Shown here one piece after another: positions 21,170 through 30,187 of a stretch of DNA of 54,479 nt. Source of the DNA: a virus (taxonomy: Duplodnaviria > Caudoviricetes); the IMG/VR virus record IMGVR_UViG_3300027782_000111, positions 1-54,479 of that record. The stretch is one strand, 5' to 3'. The position numbers were made by a program, and so were the translations under genes. Position 1 is the stretch's first letter; each line of letters starts with the position of its first letter. Under the pieces are notes generated by a model. It did not search any database, was not told the origin of the DNA, and saw only the letters and a program-made list of their open reading frames with translations.

Positions 21170-22078
21170 TTAACTACAAGGTTGCGATGTATCAATTGCG
21201 CCCCAACTTGGGGTTTGTGAGTCATTTATATCTATCCAACCAGCAGATCCTGGAGCCGCAATCACAGACCATGAAGGTGTTTGACTATCATCAATCTTAA
21301 ACCAACCGTTATAGCATAGTTGATCTAACATATAAAAGACTTCATTTATAGTGAAGTTAAGATCCGCTCTTACAGAATATACATCTGCAGGGTTAGAATT
21401 TTCAATAATAGATAGATTGTAATTTACACTTGCAGTGTTGCTATCACCAGAAGTAATTGGCTCTGTAATATTTAAGAAGAATATAGAGATAATGGTTGCA
21501 ACATCTGCCATCGTAATGTCTTCAGTTCTTGAAGCTACAAAGTTAGCAATAGCCGTATTAGCATCTTGTATGGTCGTATTTTCTACTATGCTTTGTGCAA
21601 ATTGTGCAGTGATACTTGGTGTATCATTTAAATCTGAATTCTCTGTTATAGATGCTAAGAACTGAGCCGCTATACTTCTTATATCATCCATTACAAAAAG
21701 CTCATCACGAGTTTCTAACGCTGCAAAATACTGTATTGATGTATCATCCATAACAATATTCTCTGCTTTACTTGCTGCAAATTGGGCTGTAATGCTTACA
21801 GAATCGTCCGCAGTGAAGTTTTCTGCAATGGTCTGACCAAATGTACTTTGTTGTGTACTTGAATCATCTAAACTAAAGTTTTCATTAAGTGAAAGTACAA
21901 ATAATCCTGCTAAGGAATTATTATCAGTTAAGGTAATATTTTCTGTTACTGATTGATTAAATGACCATACTTGGCTGCTCGTATCAGCCATAACAATGTC
22001 TTCAGATAAAGACAATATAAATGAGTTGCCGCCAAGTCCAGCAAATGTAGGTTGAGCAAAGGCAGCGTATCCAAACAT
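21170..22078 (-). CDS. acidic repeat-containing virion protein
   Basis: MFG.AAFAQ..FA N-terminus; ~20-aa AQF..S..EN...D repeats; W..IDDSQTPSW duplicated at the C-terminus. Confidence 0.6.
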   Translation of the reverse strand: MFGYAAFAQPTFAGLGGNSFILSLSEDIVMADTSSQVWSFNQSVTENITLTDNNSLAGLFVLSLNENFSLDDSSTQQSTFGQTIAENFTADDSVSITAQFAASKAENIVMDDTSIQYFAALETRDELFVMDDIRSIAAQFLASITENSDLNDTPSITAQFAQSIVENTTIQDANTAIANFVASRTEDITMADVATIISIFFLNITEPITSGDSNTASVNYNLSIIENSNPADVYSVRADLNFTINEVFYMLDQLCYNGWFKIDDSQTPSWSVIAAPGSAGWIDINDSQTPSWGAIDTSQPCS

Positions 22079-23016
22079 TATGTGGTATAGGTTCCTGAAG
22101 ATGTAAATTTAATAATTGTATTACTACCTGAAGTTGTTATAGTTGGACTGCCCGTAGTTGTACCTGAATAGTTTGCGGTTGGAACTGATAAAATAACTAC
22201 ACCAGAGCCGCCATTATATGATCCTGTATTACTGTTTGCAGTTGGACCACCATCACCTGTATTAGCACCAGCATTAGCCCCTCCACTTGTCAAACCAGAA
22301 GTTCCACCTTTAGCATAAGTTACTGCTGATCCTGTAATGGAATTAGATGTACCTGGCCCACCAGGAGTTGTTACTCCAGCTGGATTAGATGCACCTGTAC
22401 CAGCACCACTGGATCCTCCACCGCCAGAGCCATATCCGTTTGTAGATGATCCGCTTCCTCCAGCATATCCTTGTCCTGGAGTTCCAGATCCAGCACCTCC
22501 TCCAGTAGATCCACCACCACCACCTGATCCACCTGAAGCACCTGATCCACTTGTATAACCGTATCCACCACCCCCACCACCAACTGCTGTAGTAGCTCCA
22601 GTTAAAGAAGAGTTTGAACCATTTGATCCCACAGTAGGTGATCCTGAATCAGTACCTTTATTACCACCAGAACCTACAGTTGCTGTATATACTGTTCCTG
22701 CTCCTGTTACTGCAGGGGTTGTTCCTGTAACATATCCACCAGCACCGCCACCACCACCGATGTATCCGCCACCACCAGCAGAAGTATTAGTACCTCCACC
22801 TCCTCCTCCGCCAGCTACAACTAAATAAGTAAGTGTATAGGATAAAGATTGATCTCCCACTGCTACCCAAGCTGAACCATTGTAAACTTCAACTATATTA
22901 GTAGATGTGTTATATCCCATAGACCCTGTAGATGCTGGGCTAGGTCTATTTGCTGTTGTCCAGCTTTGTAAGACTGGTTGCAACATCATCGCATTCTGTA
23001 CGGTGGTTAATGCCAT
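22078..23016 (-). CDS. glycine-rich tail/adhesin protein
   Basis: WTTANRP...GYNT...VEVYNGSAW N-domain plus polyglycine domain. Confidence 0.7.
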   Translation of the reverse strand: MALTTVQNAMMLQPVLQSWTTANRPSPASTGSMGYNTSTNIVEVYNGSAWVAVGDQSLSYTLTYLVVAGGGGGGGTNTSAGGGGYIGGGGGAGGYVTGTTPAVTGAGTVYTATVGSGGNKGTDSGSPTVGSNGSNSSLTGATTAVGGGGGGYGYTSGSGASGGSGGGGGSTGGGAGSGTPGQGYAGGSGSSTNGYGSGGGGSSGAGTGASNPAGVTTPGGPGTSNSITGSAVTYAKGGTSGLTSGGANAGANTGDGGPTANSNTGSYNGGSGVVILSVPTANYSGTTTGSPTITTSGSNTIIKFTSSGTYTT

Positions 23017-23025
23017 GATTTATCC

Positions 23026-23385
23026 TTAAACAGTTAGTTCTGGAATTTCAATCCATGATGTTGTAGCTTCATCCCATTTGTATAGTTTGCCATCTGTAGG
23101 CATAGCTACTGGGGCTTCCCATGTCCAATTAGGTGCTGAAATAACCCAGCTAGGATATGGTTGTGGTGCATAGAATACATCGTTAGTACGGTCATAAGTA
23201 TAACCAATACCAGCGTAGTTACCACGCAATGGTGTGCCACCTAATGTATGAGTTCCACCAATAGTGTTATATGAAGTTTGAATCCATTCACCTGGTGTAG
23301 AATCTACATAGGTATCAAAGAATTCTTTTTCAGCAACGATAACTTGCGTTACCTTACCGTCTGTTACTTTTGCAAAATGTGACAT
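23026..23385 (-). CDS. conserved tail-associated small protein
   Basis: MSHFAKV...WIQTSYN...RGNYAGIGYTYD...PQPYPSW...WEAPV; AAGGAG RBS. Confidence 0.7.
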   Translation of the reverse strand: MSHFAKVTDGKVTQVIVAEKEFFDTYVDSTPGEWIQTSYNTIGGTHTLGGTPLRGNYAGIGYTYDRTNDVFYAPQPYPSWVISAPNWTWEAPVAMPTDGKLYKWDEATTSWIEIPELTV

Positions 23386-23405
23386 TTGTTTCTCCTTGTT
23401 AAATT

Positions 23406-23564
23406 TTAATTATCTGCTGGTAAAGGTGTATTGCCTTCGTCTAACCATTTAAGGTAGGCTTGGTAGTCTGTGTTAGCTGGGTCAAATGGGATAAAAGCGT
23501 TATCAGAAAGTCTTTTAACTGATTTAATTTCACTTGACATAATATTTTTTATTAGTTTATACAT
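23406..23564 (-). CDS. small tail-fibre assembly-like protein (52 aa)
   Basis: Manual translation [52 protein letters not shown]; [14 protein letters not shown] motif; below the ORF-track cutoff. Confidence 0.7.
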   Translation of the reverse strand: MYKLIKNIMSSEIKSVKRLSDNAFIPFDPANTDYQAYLKWLDEGNTPLPADN

Positions 23565-23566
23565 GA

Positions 23567-24601
23567 TTAAAGTTCCGCAGAAATAGTTGTAGTTAAAATA
23601 GCATAATAGGAACTACCAGTACCCGTTGAAGTAAAACTAATTTCAGCACCATTTATACCAGCGTTATACCAAATTGCAGAACTTGATAAAGAATATGTAG
23701 CAGAAGTATTTGTTATGGTAGGTGCAGTTCTGCAAGTTACTTGCCAAGGAATCCAATAAAAAACACCACCAGTAAGATAAGCTCTATACACCGCACCATT
23801 TATTACTTGAAAATACCTCTGACAATTAGCCAATTCCTGATTATAAAGTCTGCGTTCAAATGGTGTTGCTGTTGTGCCTATTTCTAGTTGGACACCTGTG
23901 ATATAAAAGGTAGCTCCGTTAGTGCCTACTACTGATGTTGCTCCTGTGGCTGAATAATAAGCTGTAGAACCCCAAGCACCAGCAGTTCCGCTAACTGTTG
24001 AACCAGAGCCTAGGCTAAACATTAATTCAATACCAGAAGTATTGTCAGTCGCCCATGTTCCTGATGTATCGCCAGCAATAGTTACGCTTATTGAAGTCCA
24101 AGTATTTGCTGTGGAAACTGTATAACTGTAAGGATAAAACCTGTTTCCAGCAGAATTTCTAACAGTACCACCAAAAGTACCAGTAAGACTTGAATACACT
24201 TGGAAACTTAGGGTAACAGTTTTAGCGTTAGCTGTTCCCCAGCCTAAATCAGCAACATTAAACCCTTCAATACTTTGACGCAATACAAAAAGTTCTGATG
24301 CTCCTACGCTGTACGCTGATGACGATGTTATTCCTAGATATTTTGTAAATCCTACTGGTGGTGTAACCGAACCAGCATTTTGTTGGCAAGTTAATTTTGA
24401 TGCTTGAGAAAGACTAAAAAACCATCTATCTAAAGTATAAGAAGCATTTGTAGGAGTAACACTAGCACCAGCATTTCTTTGGTCTATCACCATAGCACCA
24501 TTTATAATACGGTTCTTTAGCACATAAGGTGATGACGCAGCTCCTTGTAAAGAAGTGTCGTTAAAGGTAACTCCATTGGTTCCGTCTATGGTAACTGCCA
24601 T
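23567..24601 (-). CDS. tail fibre / carbohydrate-binding-like protein
   Basis: [13 protein letters not shown]...DRW...[16 protein letters not shown]....EL..CQRYF signature of phage tail proteins. Confidence 0.75.
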   Translation of the reverse strand: MAVTIDGTNGVTFNDTSLQGAASSPYVLKNRIINGAMVIDQRNAGASVTPTNASYTLDRWFFSLSQASKLTCQQNAGSVTPPVGFTKYLGITSSSAYSVGASELFVLRQSIEGFNVADLGWGTANAKTVTLSFQVYSSLTGTFGGTVRNSAGNRFYPYSYTVSTANTWTSISVTIAGDTSGTWATDNTSGIELMFSLGSGSTVSGTAGAWGSTAYYSATGATSVVGTNGATFYITGVQLEIGTTATPFERRLYNQELANCQRYFQVINGAVYRAYLTGGVFYWIPWQVTCRTAPTITNTSATYSLSSSAIWYNAGINGAEISFTSTGTGSSYYAILTTTISAEL

Positions 24602-24858
24602 TATTTATCCTTAGTTTCTAAGTAATCTAAAAATTCTTTAATTGTTTTATGTCTTATATATTCATCACGTATTTCTTGTGATGTGGGTTGTGGGAGCTCA
24701 TTAGATTCATCCCAGTCAATAATTTCAAAAGTACCACCACTTGCACTTAGGCAATACAAAGCATTTGGTCTTAGTGACTTCATGACAATATCTATGCCAA
24801 ATTGAAAGCCTTGTTCATTACTAAATTCTTGTATAAGTTCATCTATTTTCATTTGCAT
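24601..24858 (-). CDS. hypothetical protein (tail-fibre chaperone-like)
   Basis: 85 aa; SLRP.A...W....PQPT..EI pattern; coupled to the downstream gene. Confidence 0.55.
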   Translation of the reverse strand: MQMKIDELIQEFSNEQGFQFGIDIVMKSLRPNALYCLSASGGTFEIIDWDESNELPQPTSQEIRDEYIRHKTIKEFLDYLETKDK

Positions 24859-24866
24859 ATTATACC

Positions 24867-26156
24867 TTAAGCTGTGTATGTTCCACTACCCGTAGTCCAC
24901 TTAATAATTGTATTAGATCCACTAGTTGTTATAGTTGGAGAACCTGTTGTAGTACCTGAGTAATTAGATGTAGGTACACTTAATATAACAACACCACTAC
25001 CGCCAGCACCTGCTGGACCTGCAGCAAATGGAGCAACTTGTCCACCGCCACCACCACCACCACCTAAATTAGCAGTGCCTGGTGTAGCAGGAGTAGTATT
25101 ATTTGATCCAGCACCTCCACCTCCAGCACCTCCTGATCCTGCACCTGATCCACCTGATGGATAACCACCACCTCCTCCACCGCCACCACCTGCGTATGTT
25201 GCTGGTGTACCCGTAATTGAAGAAGCTGTACCTGCACCACCTGTTGCTCCTGAACCTGCACCTGTAGCTCCACCACCACCGCCACCTATAGCAACTGGGT
25301 TATTAGGCCCTTGTCCTACAGCGCCTGCATTACCTTGACCTGGTGTTCCAGAGCCTGCTACGGTATTAGCAGTTCTTCCACCACCTCCACCACCTGAACC
25401 ACCTGATAAACCAACATCAAAAGGGGATCCTCCATCACTACCACCGCCTCCACCACCTATAGCAGTTGTAGCACCTGGAAATGTAGAATTTGAACCATTA
25501 GCTCCTGTGCCTGCAGTGATAGCACCGCCTGCACCTACAACAGCAGTATATATAGTGCCACCAGTTAAAGTAGCAGTGCCAGTAATATAACCACCCGCTC
25601 CACCGCCTCCAGCACCTATAGCTCCACTACCTATACCACCCGAGGCACCACCAGCCACTACTAAATAAGAAGCTGAATAGGTGCTTGGAACATATGGAGG
25701 ATTACCCCCATAAACGTTGCTTGAAGCAAGCCAACCTTGTGTTGAATCTATATAAGTAAAGGTAATACCAGATCTATTTGTTGATATTGCTTGTGCCGCA
25801 GCACTACTACCTATTTTTGCTCCATTACCATTTACAGTTATATTATTAGTTGCACTTGTTCCAGCATAGTCAACAATAACTACAAACTGGCCACGAGTAG
25901 GTGAGCTTGGTAATGTTACTGTAAATGCTGCACTTGTTGTATTACAAAAATAACCACCGTATGCTACTGCAGTAAATCCACTTGTTTGTGGCGTTGTGTT
26001 CCAGTTTATTTGTCCTGGTAATGCATTACCTGTTGTAGCAGAAGTTATTACAGTACCAGTTGAAGCTGGTAAAGTTAGTGTAGTACTTCCAGCAACACTA
26101 GGTGCTTGGAATGTAACTTGACCGCTTGTATCTCCACCTATAACAAAAGAAGCCAT
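24867..26156 (-). CDS. glycine-rich tail/adhesin protein
   Basis: GDTSG.VT..AP N-terminus; NTTSAAFTVTLP...DYAGT.ATNNITV...YIDSTQGW domain; polyglycine domain. Confidence 0.72.
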   Translation of the reverse strand: MASFVIGGDTSGQVTFQAPSVAGSTTLTLPASTGTVITSATTGNALPGQINWNTTPQTSGFTAVAYGGYFCNTTSAAFTVTLPSSPTRGQFVVIVDYAGTSATNNITVNGNGAKIGSSAAAQAISTNRSGITFTYIDSTQGWLASSNVYGGNPPYVPSTYSASYLVVAGGASGGIGSGAIGAGGGGAGGYITGTATLTGGTIYTAVVGAGGAITAGTGANGSNSTFPGATTAIGGGGGGSDGGSPFDVGLSGGSGGGGGGRTANTVAGSGTPGQGNAGAVGQGPNNPVAIGGGGGGATGAGSGATGGAGTASSITGTPATYAGGGGGGGGGYPSGGSGAGSGGAGGGGAGSNNTTPATPGTANLGGGGGGGGQVAPFAAGPAGAGGSGVVILSVPTSNYSGTTTGSPTITTSGSNTIIKWTTGSGTYTA

Positions 26157-27448
26157 TATGCAGTGTAAGTACCAGAACCACTGGTGTATTTAATTATTGT
26201 ATTAGCACCTGATGTGGTTATAGTAGGAGAACCTGTTGTAGTACCAGAGTAATTTGCAGTTGGAACTGATAGGATAACTACGCCAGATCCACCAGCACCT
26301 CCATTAAACACTCCACCCGAATATCCACCCCCACCTGCACCGCCACCAGTGTTAACTGTTCCTGATGATCCAACATATGAAGGCGCACTTCCTCCAGTTC
26401 CTCCTCCACCAGTTCCACCAGCTCCACCAGTAGTTGTATAAACACTGTATGCTCCGCCACCACCACCACCTGCGTAAGTAGCAGGAGTTCCTGTAATTGA
26501 AGAAGCTGTACCTGCACCACCAGCTCCTGGAACACCAGGTGCCCCAGCTACACCAACTGCACTACTTCCTCCACCACCACCACCAGAATATGTTACGGCA
26601 GATAGACCAGCTCCACCTGCACTTCCTTGACCTGGAGTTCCTGATCCACCAGGAGAAGCTCCTGAGTCACTAGCAGAACCACCACCACCTGAACCTCCAT
26701 TTGCACCAATAGCTGTTGAGGCACCTGGAGTATATCCTACAGATCTTCCTCCTCCAACTGCAGTAGTTACTCCTGTAAATGAAGAATCTGTTCCATTAGT
26801 TTGCCCACTACTAGGTCTTCCTGTTCCTCCAGAACCGCCTCCGCCTACTACAGCAGTATAAATAGTACCTATATTTAAAGATGTAGTGCCTGTAACTAAA
26901 CCTCCAGCGCCACCACCACCAGCAAGATCTGCACCAGCACCTCCGCCACCAGCTACTAATAAATAAGAGGCAGTATATGTTTGAGGTAATGGAGAAGTTG
27001 TAGAATAAACATCAGCGTAAGCAAGCCATCCTTGAGTAGCATCTACATAAACTAAATTGATAGCTTCTCTATTTGTAGATATTGTTGCTGAAGTTGTAGT
27101 TCCTTGAATCTTGTTTCCGTTGCCAGATACTGTAATATTGTTTGTAGCTGCGGTCCCTGCATAATCAAGAATAGAAATCGTGCTACCTGCTGTAGGACTT
27201 GCTGGCAGTGTTACAGTTAAAGCACCAGATGTTGTATTCATCGGATACCCTGTAAATGCGACAGCTGGGTTAACGCTTGCTGTTTGAACTGTTGTCCAAT
27301 TAATTGTGTTTGGTATACCTGATGTAGATGCAGTTGTAATAATAGTTCCTGTTAATGCAGGAAATGTAATAGTATTAGTACCAGCAACAGCTGGAACAGC
27401 TAAGGTTATAGAACCTGAGGTATCTCCTGAAACAACGATTGAACTCAC
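26156..27448 (-). CDS. glycine-rich tail/adhesin protein
   Basis: Same architecture as 24867..26156; GTG start. Confidence 0.72.
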   Translation of the reverse strand: MSSIVVSGDTSGSITLAVPAVAGTNTITFPALTGTIITTASTSGIPNTINWTTVQTASVNPAVAFTGYPMNTTSGALTVTLPASPTAGSTISILDYAGTAATNNITVSGNGNKIQGTTTSATISTNREAINLVYVDATQGWLAYADVYSTTSPLPQTYTASYLLVAGGGGAGADLAGGGGAGGLVTGTTSLNIGTIYTAVVGGGGSGGTGRPSSGQTNGTDSSFTGVTTAVGGGRSVGYTPGASTAIGANGGSGGGGSASDSGASPGGSGTPGQGSAGGAGLSAVTYSGGGGGGSSAVGVAGAPGVPGAGGAGTASSITGTPATYAGGGGGGAYSVYTTTGGAGGTGGGGTGGSAPSYVGSSGTVNTGGGAGGGGYSGGVFNGGAGGSGVVILSVPTANYSGTTTGSPTITTSGANTIIKYTSGSGTYTA

Positions 27449-27457
27449 TTTATATTC

Positions 27458-28012
27458 CTAATTTGTAAAATTAAACCAACCTGTTACTATGTATTTTTCT
27501 TCTGTATTAGATGTTATACCACGATGAGTATGTGTCCAATCAGCAGGCCATATAAGTGTTAAACCTTTTCTTGGTTTAACTTTTAATTCTTGATAATAAA
27601 ACTCTGTTTCTCCACCATCATCAACATCATTTAAGTAAGTCATAAATACTAGATGTCTTGATCCTACTAGTTCTTGTTTTCCAGTTCTTTCAGCGTGCCA
27701 CTGATGAAATCCTTGGCTTGGTAAATAATGCTGAATATTTATTCTTTCAACCAAGCTAAATGATTCATATTTATTACAAAAACTATATTGTTCTATATAT
27801 TTGTTTAATGTTTGTTGTAGTTGCAGATTATACCTATTAGATAAATCTACACTTTCTAAATGCAAATCTGTAGAATCTTTTATATTCTTGTCTACCTCAC
27901 CAAATCCTACTTTACCTAGATTTTTATCTGGACTATTTTTAAAATATTCTATGATATCGTCACAAATAGAAAGATCATCTAAATAATATTGCCCTATAAA
28001 TGTTTCTTTCAT
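27458..28012 (-). CDS. 2OG-Fe(II) oxygenase (prolyl 4-hydroxylase-like)
   Basis: WHAE...RHLVFMTYLNDVDDGGETEF...WP..WTHTHRG...KYIVTGW; start ATG 28012 by TAATG coupling. Confidence 0.88.
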   Translation of the reverse strand: MKETFIGQYYLDDLSICDDIIEYFKNSPDKNLGKVGFGEVDKNIKDSTDLHLESVDLSNRYNLQLQQTLNKYIEQYSFCNKYESFSLVERINIQHYLPSQGFHQWHAERTGKQELVGSRHLVFMTYLNDVDDGGETEFYYQELKVKPRKGLTLIWPADWTHTHRGITSNTEEKYIVTGWFNFTN

Positions 28013-29313
28013 TATGCTGTATAAGTTCCTGATCCAGTCCATTTAATCCAAGTATTAGACCCATTAGTACCTGTTGTTGCAGGTCCTGTATAAGTGCCTG
28101 GATATGAAGGTGTTGCTACAGAAATAATTACTACTCCAGCTCCACCAATTCCAGCCGTGTTAGTATAGTTATATGAAGCTCCACCGCCTCCTCCTCCAGT
28201 AGCTGCTACTCCTGCTGTTGGGGCTGGGTTTCCTGGTCCAGTTCCATTACCACCTGAAACTCCTGGAGTACCTGGCCCACCTAAACCATATGGAACACCT
28301 CCACGCTGGTCACGACCTCCACCACCACCACCACCATATATAGTGGAAGTGCCTGTAATAGAATTAGCAGTGCCTGGTCCACCATTACTTGCAGAGCCTG
28401 TACCACCAGATCCACCCCCACCACCACCGCCATCGGTAGTTCCTGGTCCAATACCTGTAATGCCTGCATATCCTTGTCCTGGAGTTCCTGCCCCACCAGC
28501 AGCGGGTGTTCCTGTATCTTGTGCTCCACCTCCGCCACCAGAGCCTCCAGATCTTCCAGCAACATTATTACCAGATCCACCACCACCTCCACCAGTCGCC
28601 CCTATAGATACTCCTGTTCCAACTATAGATGATCCACCTCCGTCAGAACCTCCAGCGGCAGGAGTTACGGCTCCACCACTACCTACGGTAATTGTATAGA
28701 CTTGTCCTTTAGTAAGGCCTGATGTTGCAGCTAAATATCCACCAGCACCGCCTCCACCACCAGCGTTACCTGGACCACCACCACCACCACCGCCTGCTAA
28801 AACTAAATATGTAACAGGAATAGTTTGAACAACAGTAGATGTAGTTAAGAATCCGTTGGATGCAATCCATCCTTGAGTTGAGTCTAAGTAAGTAAATGTT
28901 ACTGATTCTCTGCTTGTATTTAGTGTAGCATTAACCGATAAACCATTCATCTTGTTACCATTAAGAGATACTGTTATATTATTTGTAGCCCATGTGCCTG
29001 CATAGTCAGCTAAAAGAATTTGATCACCAGCTGCGGGTGAGGCTGGAAGGGTAACGGTAAAGGCAGCAGATGTAGTATTGCAAGGATAAGCATTGCCTGA
29101 TACAGCAGTAAATCCTGTAGATTGAACTGACTGCCAACTTAAGCCACCAACAGCAGCCCAAGCAGTACCATTATAAACTTCAAAAGAAGCAGTGGTTGTA
29201 TTAAACCCAGATTGACCAGTTCTAGGACTTGCAGGACGACCTGCTGTAGTCCAGTTAGGTAAACTAGCTGATCCGTTAGAACCTATTGCTGATAAATTGA
29301 CCGCATTAGTCAT
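28012..29313 (-). CDS. glycine-rich tail/adhesin protein
   Basis: WTTAGRP N-domain + NTTSAAFTVTLP domain + polyglycine domain; GGAG RBS. Confidence 0.72.
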   Translation of the reverse strand: MTNAVNLSAIGSNGSASLPNWTTAGRPASPRTGQSGFNTTTASFEVYNGTAWAAVGGLSWQSVQSTGFTAVSGNAYPCNTTSAAFTVTLPASPAAGDQILLADYAGTWATNNITVSLNGNKMNGLSVNATLNTSRESVTFTYLDSTQGWIASNGFLTTSTVVQTIPVTYLVLAGGGGGGGPGNAGGGGGAGGYLAATSGLTKGQVYTITVGSGGAVTPAAGGSDGGGSSIVGTGVSIGATGGGGGGSGNNVAGRSGGSGGGGGAQDTGTPAAGGAGTPGQGYAGITGIGPGTTDGGGGGGGSGGTGSASNGGPGTANSITGTSTIYGGGGGGGRDQRGGVPYGLGGPGTPGVSGGNGTGPGNPAPTAGVAATGGGGGGASYNYTNTAGIGGAGVVIISVATPSYPGTYTGPATTGTNGSNTWIKWTGSGTYTA

Positions 29314-29316
29314 GCT

Positions 29317-29367
29317 TTATTCTCCAGTGTTTCTAGAAGTAGAACCGTTAAGTATTAGTTTAGCCAT
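29317..29367 (-). pseudogene. 16-aa remnant of a deleted tail-fibre gene (MAKLILNGSTSRNTGE)
   Basis: ATG overlaps the upstream stop in the 8-bp style used across this operon; N-terminus resembles MSSIVVSGDTSG / MASFVIGGDTSG of neighbouring genes. Confidence 0.45.
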
Positions 29368-29530
29368 TTAGCTGTTCTTCCGTAGGTTTAGCTAGTGTAG
29401 GATGGTTCCATTGTGCTATGTAGTCACCATTACCATCCGAGTCGTTTTGTAGGCGGATTGTGCCTGTAAATGGATTAAAGTCTTTTTCTGATAATTCAGG
29501 ATATATAGTAATAATTTTTTCGTATAACAT
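29360..29530 (-). CDS. small tail-fibre-associated protein (XkdW-like)
   Basis: LYEKI..IYPEL...I.LQNDSDG.GDYIAQWNHPTL.KPT.EQL; start ATG 29530 (TAATG). Confidence 0.65.
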   Translation of the reverse strand: MLYEKIITIYPELSEKDFNPFTGTIRLQNDSDGNGDYIAQWNHPTLAKPTEEQLNG

Positions 29531-30186
29531 TATGCAGACCTTAAAAAACAACCATTAAAATATGTGTATTGTCCATTTAAAGTAGTTAAAGCATTACTAG
29601 AATAAACATATATTTCAACATAATCTGTAGAACCATTAAAATACATAACTGATGATACCATTGAAGCCGATTGCCCTTGACCTGCAATATTAGTAAGACT
29701 TCCGCTTCTTGACCCACTACTAGCAGTTAAAACAGTTAAAAGTACGCTAACAGTTCCGCTAACAAAAACACAAGCATTCATTTGATAATATCCTGCAACA
29801 GTAGGTGTAAATCTACTGGACGCAAAATTAGAATTTGTATCAAATTGTTCTGTATCAAACAATACTTTTGTAGTTGTTCCTGCGCTTAACAAAGTTCCGG
29901 TTGTTTGATAAGCACTAAACGCTGGTGCTGCTGTAGCACCTACAGTAAAACCTTTAGCAAAAGCTACATTCTGTGATGTATCTATAGTTAGTGCTGTGGT
30001 TGAGCCGTTAGATGCTAAAGTTAAAGCTCCAGCAGAAGTTACTTTACCTGCAAAAGTTGCGTTTTGAGAAGTGTCCAAAGTAACCGCTGTAGTCCCTGCA
30101 GATTGTAAGGTTAAAACACCACTAGAATCTCCAGTAGATACTATCCCACCAAAACCTGAGTTACTTGCATTTATTGTTGATGCCAT
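29530..30186 (-). CDS. tail fibre protein with C1q-like C-terminal domain
   Basis: PAFSAY...FDTEQFDT.SNF...RFTPTVAGYYQ...NGSTDYVEIY...F.G pattern. Confidence 0.7.
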   Translation of the reverse strand: MASTINASNSGFGGIVSTGDSSGVLTLQSAGTTAVTLDTSQNATFAGKVTSAGALTLASNGSTTALTIDTSQNVAFAKGFTVGATAAPAFSAYQTTGTLLSAGTTTKVLFDTEQFDTNSNFASSRFTPTVAGYYQMNACVFVSGTVSVLLTVLTASSGSRSGSLTNIAGQGQSASMVSSVMYFNGSTDYVEIYVYSSNALTTLNGQYTYFNGCFLRSA

Positions 30187-30187
30187 A

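Noticed and set aside
22078-29313. Collagen-like repeats
   Set aside because: Glycines occur in runs (polyglycine type), not in strict Gly-X-Y triplets.
19083-30186. Diversity-generating retroelement acting on tail genes
   Set aside because: No reverse transcriptase in the window. The similar segments are coding paralogue ends with synonymous-type differences, not an adenine-specific TR/VR pair.
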